DNA of 64,000 nt from a bacterium. GTDB lineage: Bacteria > UBA8248 > JACPRG01 > G963555815. The stretch spans positions 5,024,001-5,088,000 of the forward strand of contig OZ244653.1 of assembly GCA_965218795.1 (NCBI GenBank), read 5' to 3'. A program made the translations under genes and the position numbers. The first letter of the stretch is position 1; each line of letters begins with the position of its first letter. Under the pieces are notes generated by a model that saw nothing but the letters and a program-made list of their open reading frames with translations, was not told where the DNA came from and did no database searches. Positions 20,314 to 29,339 of this stretch are shown here, piece by piece.

Positions 20314-21468
20314 TTATGCGGAAGCCGGCGGGATCGGGTGTTTGAGCCGGGAGCGTTCGGTCATCCGCCGGACGACCTCGGCCGGGTCTTGAGTTTGATG
20401 ATAGATCTGAAGCTGCCGTTCGGCCCAGGTTGGCCGGGTGGTCATCTCAAGCACATTTTCCAGATAATTTTGACAGCCCAGCCGTTCTGCGAGGGGTCTC
20501 AGTTCCTCCACCATTGCATGAAGGGCCTCCCGGACCGGTTGGACATGGTACGTGTCGAAATCCACAAGCTGCGCGTTGAGACCGTATCTTGCCCCCCGCC
20601 ATTTGTTCTGTCCGATGATCATCGGATGACACCCATGGAGATACGTCCCATGGTCGATTTCGTCTGAGAGATACTGAACCAGACACTGGATCACGGCGGC
20701 GAGGGAGAGACAATCGGAAAAAGAGCCCGGTACATCGCAGATCCGGACTTCGACGGTGCCGAACTTGTGGTGCGGCCGGACGTCCCACCAAATCTCACGA
20801 ATCGTTTCGATGTAGCCGGTGTCTATCAGGTGGTTCACCAGCCAGACGTACTCGCTCCAGTTTCGCATGAGGGGCGGAAGACCGGCGGTCGGAAGGCCGG
20901 CCATCACCTTGGACCGCCACGAGTATAGCCCTGTGACCCGGCCCTCCCAAAAGGGACTGTTGCAGCTGATGGCCAGGAGAATCGGCAGGTGGCGGGAAAT
21001 GCGGTCGCAAATCATGACCGCCTTGTCCCCGCTGTCCACTCCCACGTGGACGTGCAGACCGGCCGTCATGAGCTGGCGGGCGGTATCCTGAAGAAGATTG
21101 ACAAGGCCTTGATACCGTTCCTGTTCTGTAATCCGTTGCTCCTGCCAGCTCGAAAACGGATGGCTTCCCGACCAGAACAGCTTCAGATTCGACTTGTCGG
21201 CGATGTCTTCCAGGGCCAAAAGCTTCTGGCGAATATCCACCTCCGCTTCCGCAACGGTGGAGCAGACGTTGGAATTGATTTCCACATAGCACTGCATCAA
21301 CTCCGGTTTGACAAAATCCTCAATGTGGGACGGGACCTGCTCCAATACCCGATCATTGGCGCTGGCGAGCGCGAGAGAATCCGTGTCGACAAGTGCCAAC
21401 TCGATCTCGACCCCAAGTGTAGGAGCCGTGCTGGAAGTGAACTCAAAGCGTCCCATGGGCTGCTTCAC
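20314..21468 (-). CDS. ybdK: YbdK-family carboxylate-amine ligase (GCS2)
   Basis: TLGVEIE, KPEL, GLHVHVG, NSPFW, IWWDVRP, TVEVRICD. Confidence 0.88.
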   Translation of the reverse strand: MKQPMGRFEFTSSTAPTLGVEIELALVDTDSLALASANDRVLEQVPSHIEDFVKPELMQCYVEINSNVCSTVAEAEVDIRQKLLALEDIADKSNLKLFWSGSHPFSSWQEQRITEQERYQGLVNLLQDTARQLMTAGLHVHVGVDSGDKAVMICDRISRHLPILLAISCNSPFWEGRVTGLYSWRSKVMAGLPTAGLPPLMRNWSEYVWLVNHLIDTGYIETIREIWWDVRPHHKFGTVEVRICDVPGSFSDCLSLAAVIQCLVQYLSDEIDHGTYLHGCHPMIIGQNKWRGARYGLNAQLVDFDTYHVQPVREALHAMVEELRPLAERLGCQNYLENVLEMTTRPTWAERQLQIYHQTQDPAEVVRRMTERSRLKHPIPPASA

Positions 21469-21742
21469 GAAATTGCATATTTCAAGCCGATCCGGTTGCG
21501 AAAGAATCTCCCTTGCAAGGAAAAGGCATGTTCTCGATTCCTTGTCGGGTCATTCCGATTTGCGAATAATTCGTTTTCCGGCAATCTCCTCATCCCAACG
21601 ATCATGGTGAGCAATCGAAGTTATCCTGATGCACGGCGCCAAGTCAAAACATTTGGAATTGATTCGGAGCGGCCGTCGCTCAGTATTGAGCGGGATCCAC
21701 CCTATAAGGCAGCTATCGAAAAAGGGCGGAAGACAGAAAAAT

Positions 21743-21839
21743 TGGCGGAAGCGCGTGGGAGTCGAACCCACCCACCGGGGTTTAGACCGGTACACTGGGT
21801 TTGAAGCCCAGGAGGGACACCGGAACCCTATGCGCTTCC
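21743..21839 (-). tRNA. selC: tRNA-Sec (anticodon UCA)
   Basis: 8-bp acceptor GGAAGCGC/GCGCTTCC + GCCA, anticodon arm CTGGG-CTTCAAA-CCCAG, long variable arm, 5-bp T stem GTGGG-TTCGACT-CCCAC; 97 nt. Confidence 0.95.
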
Positions 21840-22116
21840 TCAATGTGACGCCGGGACGCCTGAATCCAAGCACGCACGGATTCCCGTGCGGACCCGTGGA
21901 TTCGAGTTTCGGCGGTTTCATAGACAATAGCTACTTAGCACACGCCTTCGGACCTGTCGAGGAGGCCGGCCCGGATTCTGAGGAGCCCCAGTGATTTGGG
22001 CGACCGCCACCCTCTCACACCGCAAAACGGTCGAAGGTTCCCGGAAATTCCTGACAATCTGGAAATTCTTGCCCCCGGGCCTTGGCGGCCCCGTCGATTG
22101 AGTGGTTCACCGATTG

Positions 22117-22943
22117 CGGTCTGTTAACACTAGTGATGTGAGAAATGGTTGAGATCATGTTATCCTTTGCGGATGGAAATCACCCAAGCTCAGTACGAAC
22201 GCATTGCACCCTCCCTGCCGGTGCAACGCGGCAACGTCAGCCTGTCGAACCTGCAAGTGCTCAACGCCATCCTGTACGTCGCCGAGCATGGCTGCAAGTG
22301 GCGGGGGCTGCCGACCCGGTTCGGCAACTGGCACACCATCTACACCCGGATGAACCGCTGGTCCAAGAACGGGGTGCTCGACCGGGTCTTCGAGCAGTTG
22401 CAGCGGGAACGGATCGTGCGCATCAAGCTCGAAGCGGTGTCGCTGGACAGCACCCTCGTCAAGGTCCATCCCGATGGAACCGGGGCGCTACAAAAAACGG
22501 CCCCCAGTCCATCGGCAAGTCGCGGGGCGGCTGGACCACCAAGATTCATCTGGTTGCCGCGGATGCTCGAACGGCCTTGACGTTCTCGCTGTCGCCCGGA
22601 CAGGCACACGATGCGCCGGAAGGGCGCAAGCTGCTGAACCGCCTGGGTCGGCGGTCGGGCAACCCGTCCCTGGTGATGGATCGCGCATACGAGGGCAGCG
22701 AGACACGCCAACTGGCCTTGGCGCTGGGGTACACGCCCGTGGTTCCGCCTCTTAGGACCCGGCACGATCCCTGGGCATACGACCGGGAGACGTACAAGAG
22801 GCGCAACGAGATCGAGCGTCTGTTCCGGCGATTGAAGGGCTTCCGCCGGATCTTTACCCGCTTCGAGAAACTCGACGCCCTGTACCTCGGCTTCATCCTG
22901 TTCGCGCTCATCGTCGATGCACTGCGCTAGGGTTAACAGGCCC
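22117..22943 (+). mobile_element. IS5-family insertion sequence (IS427-like)
   Basis: Imperfect terminal IRs CGGTCTGTTAACACTAG / rc GGGCCTGTTAACCCTAG; two overlapping ORFs. Confidence 0.85.
22173..22930 (+). CDS. IS5 transposase, probably via -1 frameshift at CAAAAAAC (22491-22498)
   Basis: GCKWRGLP..FGNWHTIY, LDST in ORF A; IGKSRGGWTTKIH, MDRAY, YKRRNEIERLF in the -1 frame. Confidence 0.85.
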
Positions 22944-23746
22944 TAGTCGTACATGTAAAAGAACCTTTTCAATCGATCGTTTCGAATCGCCCATTTACGC
23001 TTGAGTGATAGTCTATTATAATTCCTTTGCGAATCGACGCTCAACGCTCAGAGAAGTCGCAAGCGGATTAGGCGTTCCAATTGGAGAGCTTGTGGATGGG
23101 CCTATAGAGACACAGAAGGTAGAGTTCGCAACTAAATCGAAAGCGTATAATACCTCTTGAAGGCGATGGATGAGCACCTCATCTTTGACGTGGGAACCAA
23201 GCGCGGGGCGATAGATTTCGACGAGCAAACGCCCGCCGCCGAAGCCCTTCCAAGCGAATAAAGCACCGATTAGGTATGCGATGAAGTACTTCAAGTACAT
23301 CGTTTTTTCCCTTATCCCTCTTTTTGTACTTCTCGGTATAGCTGAACTAATATCCCGGTTTGGCCCCTCAAGCCCTTTTCGCTTCGCTCAACAAACACAA
23401 AACGTCTACGCGTTCAAAGCGCAGCATCTCAAAGGGTACTTCAAAGGGGTTCCGGGACAATACATTCACGAACACATTGGGCATGACGGGGAAAAAAGGC
23501 GCATTCCTTACACTATTAACGAATTGGGATTTCGTTCAGCGGAGTTTTCTCCAAAGAAACCACGAGGCATATATCGCATCGTGGCGATGGGAGGCTCTTC
23601 TGTTATGGGGGTTGAGTCTCCATATGAGAGAACCTGGCCTGCTTTGCTCCAACAAAAGATGGGATCGAAATTCGAGGTCTGAGGTGGTCCCAGCAAATCG
23701 GACAGGTTGCTAAGGTGTATTCCACCGACTGAGGGAGGGATACGCA

Positions 23747-24028
23747 ATGACGACACGACGGCGATTCACGGGGGAGTTCAAGGCGAAGGTAGCGCTGGAA
23801 GCACTGCGCGGGGACAAGACGGTTCAAGAAATCGCGGTGCGGCACAAGGTGCATCCGAACCAGGTGAGCGCCTGGAAGCAGCGAGCGGTGGAGGGGCTGA
23901 AGGAGGTATTCTCCAAGGGGGCGGAGCGGGCACGTGGGGACCATGAGGTGGAGATCCGGGACCTGCATGCGAAGATCGGGGAGTTGACGGTGGAGCGGGA
24001 TTTTTTGTCCAAAGGGCTCAAGTGGTGA
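23747..24028 (+). CDS. IS3 OrfA (HTH)
   Basis: RRRFTGEFKAKVALEA, VHPNQVSAWK, KIGELTVERDFL; T-run at about 24001-24006 as candidate slip site. Confidence 0.9.
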   Translation: MTTRRRFTGEFKAKVALEALRGDKTVQEIAVRHKVHPNQVSAWKQRAVEGLKEVFSKGAERARGDHEVEIRDLHAKIGELTVERDFLSKGLKW

Positions 24029-24954
24029 GCCGGGAGGGACGCAGGGCCATGATCCGTCGCGACCATCCCAAACTCAGCTTGAGCCGTCAATGCCGCCTGC
24101 TTTCCATCAGCCGATCCTCGCTGTACCACACGCCCAAGGGCGAGAGTGCGCAGAACCTGGCGTTGATGCGGCGGATCGATGAGTTGTTCTTGAAATACCC
24201 GTTCTACGGCAGCCGCCAGATGGTCCGTCATTTGTGGCGCGAGGGAGTCCGTGTCGGTCGTCACCGGGTTCGGCGTCTGATGCGGCTGATGGGCCTACAG
24301 GCCATCTACCAAGCGCCGAGAACCACCAGACCACATCCCGAACACCGGGTTTATCCCTATCTTCTCAAGGGACTCGCCATCGAGCGGCCCAATCAGGTCT
24401 GGACCGCGGACATAACCTATATCCCCGTCCAGCGCGGCTTCCTGTACCTGGTAGCCGTCATGGACTGGGCCACCCGCCGTGTGCTCGCCTGGCGGCTGTC
24501 CAACACCCTGGATGCCCGCTTCTGCGTCGAGGCCCTGACCGAAGCCCTGGACCGCTACGGCCGGCCTCGGATCTTCAATACCGACCAAGGCAGCCAGTTC
24601 ACCAGCCTCGCGTTTACCGCTGTCCTCCAAGACGCCGGCGTCGCCATCTCCATGGACGGCCGGGGCCGATGCATGGACAACATCTTCATCGAGCGCCTCT
24701 GGCGTTCGCTCAAATACGAAGCGGTGTATCTGCACGAGCTCACCGACGGCTTCGCAGCCCAAAGGGCCATTGCCAAGTGGCTCGACTTCTATAACACCGA
24801 AAGACCTCATTCCGCCCTGGCTGGCTCTACCCCGGCCGAGGCCTACGAAAAAGGACTGCCGCCGCAGATGCAGGCCAAGCCCCACCGCTTGCCTGCCCCT
24901 CTGCCGGCTCAACCAGAACAGAAAGACGGGTCAAACAGGACGCTGGCGGCATGA
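24022..24954 (+). CDS. IS3 OrfB DDE integrase-core transposase
   Basis: WTADITY, NTDQGSQF, DNIFIERLWRSLKYE, YNTERPHSAL. Confidence 0.92.
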   Translation: MVSREGRRAMIRRDHPKLSLSRQCRLLSISRSSLYHTPKGESAQNLALMRRIDELFLKYPFYGSRQMVRHLWREGVRVGRHRVRRLMRLMGLQAIYQAPRTTRPHPEHRVYPYLLKGLAIERPNQVWTADITYIPVQRGFLYLVAVMDWATRRVLAWRLSNTLDARFCVEALTEALDRYGRPRIFNTDQGSQFTSLAFTAVLQDAGVAISMDGRGRCMDNIFIERLWRSLKYEAVYLHELTDGFAAQRAIAKWLDFYNTERPHSALAGSTPAEAYEKGLPPQMQAKPHRLPAPLPAQPEQKDGSNRTLAA

Positions 24955-25613
24955 TCAATGAACCGAATACACCTTCACTCAGCCGCCTAACTGTCCAAGA
25001 TAGTGGGACCACCTCATTCTACGAAAATCAAATCATTAGATATTCTACAAGAAACTCAAGAAACTGGCTTTTACGGTTGCATGGCCATCTCTATGGAAGG
25101 AGTGGTTTCTACACTCGATTGGTCGAGCGGGTATCGATCTGGAAGACGGGAAGTCCAGTCCCTTGGTTTGAGTACGTAGACCGCTATAAGGAGCGCCACC
25201 GAGAGAACATAGAAGAACTTATAGAATTATTGAAAGCGCGAGGGGTAAGGTTAGTGTTCGTTCTCCAACCACTTAGAAAAGGAGGATATCACGACGCCCG
25301 CCATCGAAATTTGCTAAAGCAACTTGAAAGCTTAGGAAAGCAGCGAGGCGTTGAGGTGTTGGACCCACGGCCTTTATTCAACAATCCTAAGTTGGACCGT
25401 CCTTCGTTTCACGATGTTGTTCATCTGACAGAGGAAGGGAACGAACTCCTAGCCCAATTTTTTGCTGAGCAGCTTCCCCAAAGATTCTCAGATCTCCGTT
25501 CGTCTCGCTGATTCCGTTGAGCTGCAACCCTGGAGTTTGGAGCTTGACCTTTCCTGGTATAGGACCAAGTGGGTTGAGAGTTTTCGGTTGTGATCATAGA
25601 GCGAAAAGTGGAT

Positions 25614-26670
25614 TTACCCCGTTTTTGTGGACAGTTTATGGCTGTCGTCCCCAGCCCTGATGTGGGCGACAGCCGGTGGACGTACAGCCTTCCCCAAGAG
25701 CGGTGGATAGGGTATCCCCGGAGGGTATGTCTTGACCACCTTTGGCTCGCTGCTCCGGGAAGCACCGGGGACGGTTCGAGCCGGACGATGAGCGTTGCGC
25801 ACTGCACGTGGCGTTTCCTTCGCCGCGGACCGCTCGAAGTCGTTGGGGCTGAGGTAACCCAGGGCCGAATGAGGACGGCGTGGGTTGTACCAGCCTTCGA
25901 TGAATTGGAAGATCGCCATGCGCGCTTCGGCCTGGGTACGGAACGAGCGCCGGTCGATGAGCTCGCACTCCAGCGTGGCAAAGAAGCTCTCGGCCATGGC
26001 GTTGTCGAAGCAATCCCCGGCCGACCCGGTCGAGGGAACCACCCCCATCTCCCGGCACCGCTTGCCGAAGGCAAGCGAAGTGTACTGCGAGCCCTGGTCG
26101 GAATGATGCACGACCCCTTCGGGCCGGCGCTGTCCCAACGCCATGTTCAGGGCCCCGAGCACCCGTTCGGTGCGAAGATGGTGGGTCATGGACCAGCCCA
26201 CCACCCGGCGGCTGAACACGTCGAGCACGACCGCCAGGTACACGAACCCCGTCCAGGTCGGCACGTAGGTGATGTCGGCCACCCAAATCCGGTCCGGCGC
26301 ATCGGCCTGGAACTGGCGTTCGACCCGGTCCGGGGCCGCACGATGGCTCTGGTCCACGCGCGTAGTGCGCGTGCCTCGGCGTCGGCTCACCCCGCCCAAG
26401 CCCGCCTCGCGCATCAGACGAGCTACCCGTTTGCGGCTCACCCGACGCCCGTTGGCCGTCAACTCGGCATGCATCCGAGGCGCCCCGTAGGTGCCGCCAG
26501 ATGCCTCGTGGATGACCCGGATCGTGCCCCCCAACGCCTCCGTCGTGCTTCGCACGATTGGAACGCCCACGGCTTCGCCACGTGTAGTACCCGCTGGAGG
26601 AGACACCCAGCACCCGGCACATCGTGGCCACCCGATGACAGGCTTGGTTCGCCTTCACGAGCCCGAAGAC
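25614..26670 (-). pseudogene. IS3 OrfB transposase with a frameshift near 26545
   Basis: MCRVLGVSSSGYY is in one frame; TYGAPR, WVADITY, HHSDQGSQY, DNAMAESFF are in another. Confidence 0.85.
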
Positions 26671-26718
26671 CTCCCCGGCACCGAGCCGGTCTCCCGTGCG
26701 AACCAGACCGCGGCTTTC

Positions 26719-28083
26719 CTAAGAAACTGCCTCCGCACCCTCCTGCAGAACATACCCCAGAGAAGCGGCCCGTCGGCGAAGATTCTTCACCACACGCTGA
26801 CGATAACGCTCTTCATAGTATGAAGCGCCGGGATCCACATACTTCTGCCCATATCGCAGCGTGTTGTATAGCAGGACCGCAATCTTTCGGGCGGTGGCAG
26901 TCACCGCCTTGGCCTTGCCGATCCGCGCCGACAATCGACGATAGAACGCTCCGAGCGCGGTCTCGGTCCTGCCCACCGCCACCGCCGCCAGACGCAGCAC
27001 CGCAGCGGCCCGATTCGACGTACGGCGCGTTCTCGAGGCCAGAACGCGTCCACCGGAGATCTTGTTCGCCGGCGCCAATGCAAGCCACGACGTGAAGTGC
27101 TTCGCGCTCGGCCATCGAGACATATCCGTCCCACATTCGGCGATGATCTTCAGCGCAAGGTAGGGGCCGACTCCGTGAATCTGGGTCAGGTCTACGCCGA
27201 GCAACGCATACAGGGCGCCTCGTACGTCGAAGTTCAATCCGTTGGGCTGACGCGCCTTGTGCCGAGGCGCGGGCAGCGCCGCCGACGGCTCATCGACGCC
27301 ATCACTGAGGCGACCCAGGACCGCCTCGATTTCCTGGTCGCAGCGAGCCACTTGTGCTTGATACACATCGTACAGCTCCAGGGCCTGTCTCAGCGCAAAG
27401 ACGTGCTCGCGTTGGTAATGCCCGACAAGCGCTTCACGGATCGTCTCGCGTGAGGATTTACAACGGCTGTCGCGCCATGCCGCGAGTAAGTCGGGGTCGA
27501 CGACCCCCGACGCGATCGCCCGAATCATCCGCAGCCCCGTCACCCCCGTGATGTCGGACACAACATGGTGAAGCTGAACATTCATCTGGGTCAGCGCCTT
27601 TTGCATGTGTTGAATGTGCGCCGCTGCATAGTCCAGGAGGCGCTCGCGCTGTCTCAGGTAAGACCGCAACTCTGCGATCCCGCGAGTGGGGCGAAAACTG
27701 GCTCGCAACAAACCGTACTGGTGCAGCTGCTGCAGCCACTGCGCATCGTTCACGTCACTCTTGCGTCCCGGAACCGTCTTCACCTCCCGAGCGTTCACCA
27801 CGATCACTTCCAATCCATGCTCTTGAAGGATCTCGAACAACGGGATCCAGTAAACGCCCGTGGACTCCATCGCGACCGTCTCGACCCCAGCCTCTTCGAA
27901 CCAGTCGGCAAGACGCTGCAGGTCGTTGGTAAAGGTCTTGAAGGTGCGTACGGGCTCGTCAGTACCCTTCGATCCCACCGCGGCCACATGGATTCGCGAC
28001 CCAATGTCCACCCCCGCCGCATTGGGATGGACCACCGTCATGCCTCGGGAAGAACGTTTCGTCCTGCGCTTTGTACTCGCCAT
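26719..28083 (-). CDS. IS110 DEDD (RuvC-like) recombinase/transposase
   Basis: GVDIGS, AMESTGVYW, KSDVNDA; C-terminal GVGP, SWLALAP..ISGG serine motif; AAGGAG RBS. Confidence 0.95.
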   Translation of the reverse strand: MASTKRRTKRSSRGMTVVHPNAAGVDIGSRIHVAAVGSKGTDEPVRTFKTFTNDLQRLADWFEEAGVETVAMESTGVYWIPLFEILQEHGLEVIVVNAREVKTVPGRKSDVNDAQWLQQLHQYGLLRASFRPTRGIAELRSYLRQRERLLDYAAAHIQHMQKALTQMNVQLHHVVSDITGVTGLRMIRAIASGVVDPDLLAAWRDSRCKSSRETIREALVGHYQREHVFALRQALELYDVYQAQVARCDQEIEAVLGRLSDGVDEPSAALPAPRHKARQPNGLNFDVRGALYALLGVDLTQIHGVGPYLALKIIAECGTDMSRWPSAKHFTSWLALAPANKISGGRVLASRTRRTSNRAAAVLRLAAVAVGRTETALGAFYRRLSARIGKAKAVTATARKIAVLLYNTLRYGQKYVDPGASYYEERYRQRVVKNLRRRAASLGYVLQEGAEAVS

Positions 28084-28110
28084 GGGTCCCTCTCCTTAAT
28101 CATGTTGGGA

Positions 28111-28263
28111 GATGTCCGAGAGGCGGGACGGCGGTTCCCATCATTTTCCTAATCGGGCTCGTCGATCGACGGCGCCACAGTCAAGTCCGCAGCAGTCCCT
28201 GAACCACGTTTTTTGCGGGGTCATGATCCTCCAAAAAGCTGACGGTTGCTCCCCCCGGACATC
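28111..28263 (-). ncRNA. Candidate IS110 bridge/seek RNA
   Basis: Closing helix GATGTCCGGGGGG/CCTCTCGGACATC encloses two stem-internal-loop domains; TAGAAT just upstream; segments match target and element end. Confidence 0.65.
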
Positions 28264-28322
28264 GCACATTCTACGCTGCCCACCAAGTTTCCATTCGTCC
28301 AGGAAGACGCCGTCTTGTCCCG

Positions 28323-28576
28323 TTTTTTAGGATCTCCCGCTCTTCGCGAAGCTGACGGACCTCTCGACGAAGCCGCCGCAGCTCCTCGAGCTCCGTACTT
28401 GTCAGACCGTCCTCACGACGGCCCTCGTCGCGGTCGGCCTGGCGCACCCAGTTGCGAATCACCGAAGCAGAACACTCGAACTCCCGGGCCAGCTCCCCGG
28501 GCGTACGGCCCGAGCGAACCAACTCAACCATCTGGCGCCGGTATTCCGGCGCGTAGGGTGAATGAGTTTTCGCCAT
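28323..28576 (-). pseudogene. IS3 OrfA N-terminal part (continues at 26715 beyond the IS110)
   Basis: YAPEYRRQMVELVRSGR...IRNWVRQ...LRRLRREVRQLREEREILK. Confidence 0.88.
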
Positions 28577-28630
28577 CTGAACACCTCCTGCCCACAGTCT
28601 GAAGGTGTCCACAAAAACGGGGCAAATCCA

Positions 28631-28997
28631 GCCAGCCCACGGCTTGGCGCCGTGCCGTGGGCCTCACCAGTTTTTTGACAACAGCTCCTTCAGCGCCGCG
28701 TTGTCCAGTTGTGCCTCCGCCAGAAGTCGCTTCCCATTCTCCGCCTCCAGCTCGCGCAGACGACGGGTGCCGGATATCTCCATCCCCCCGTCCTTCGACT
28801 TCCAGCGGTACAACGTCTGCTCCGATATGCCATGGTGACGGCAGTTCTCGCGTGCCGTGGCGCCGGCCTCATGCTCGCGCAGCACCCCGACAATCTGCTC
28901 TTCGGTAAACCGTTTGCGTTTCATATCGAGTTCTCCTGTACTCAGCCTCTCCAGGAAAACTCCACATGCAATGGCCTGAATTACGGGGGGAAGGTCA
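28631..28997 (-). mobile_element. Truncated IS3-family (IS407-like) remnant: left IR plus OrfA (28664-28924)
   Basis: MKRKRFTEEQIVGVLRE...TLYRWK...LKELLSKNW; end TGACCTTCCCCCCG; OrfB cut off by the adjacent IS3. Confidence 0.8.
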
Positions 28998-29339
28998 AAT
29001 CGACCGCAGGTCTTTCATCCCGCCGGACTACACGATCATAGAAACTCCGTTGCCGCAGGGTGCCCTGAATCCCGAATTTCCAGGCCGCCCGCGGGGTGGC
29101 GAAATCGGGGCGGCACGTTGCCGTCGGGCCTCGGATTCTCAACCCGGTTCAGAACACCATCATTCCAGAGACTGGACGACCGGACCGCGCATTGGATTCA
29201 GGCCGGTAGCCTCTCCGAATCCGGATGTCTTCAGCTTCCGCGACATGCAGGGGTATGCGTATTCCGTGACGACGCTGGTAAGATAACGGGTTTCGGGTCG
29301 ACAACCGACTCTCATGGGAACCCCACCTTCCTTCGCGCC

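Larger units (their letters stand above)
23680..25016 (+). mobile_element. IS3-family insertion sequence, apparently intact
   Basis: TG...CA ends; IRs TGAGGTGGTCCCA..GGACAG at both ends; no target duplication. Confidence 0.92.
23281..25511 (+). pseudogene. SGNH/GDSL hydrolase interrupted by IS3 (parts 23281-23679 and 25017-25511)
   Basis: 5' part: TM anchor, INELGFR, RIVAMGGSSVMG (block I); 3' part: DVVHLTEEGN (block V); lower GC than host. Confidence 0.75.
26718..28322 (-). mobile_element. IS110-family element (no terminal IRs), flanked by a duplicated AA core
   Basis: Removing the element plus one AA restores host IS3 OrfA ...EILKKAAVWFARETG; stop codon lies at the extreme right end; about 240-nt non-coding left end. 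Confidence 0.85.
25609..28630 (-). mobile_element. IS3-family element, inactivated, carrying a nested IS110
   Basis: 25-bp IRs TGGATTT(A/G)CCCCGTTTTTGTGGACA at 25609 and (rc) ending 28630; OrfA split; OrfB frameshifted. Confidence 0.9.

Noticed and set aside
20219-20383. 15-bp direct repeat CGGACGACCTCGGCC as a possible att pair
   Set aside because: Only 150 bp apart, GC-rich, no integrase; probably chance
21480-21742. Integrative element at the selC 3' end
   Set aside because: No integrase or duplicated tRNA 3' fragment seen; ybdK follows directly
29086-29160. tRNA-Leu-like 5' sequence GCGGGGTGGCGAAATCGG
   Set aside because: No anticodon arm, T-loop or matching acceptor 3' strand
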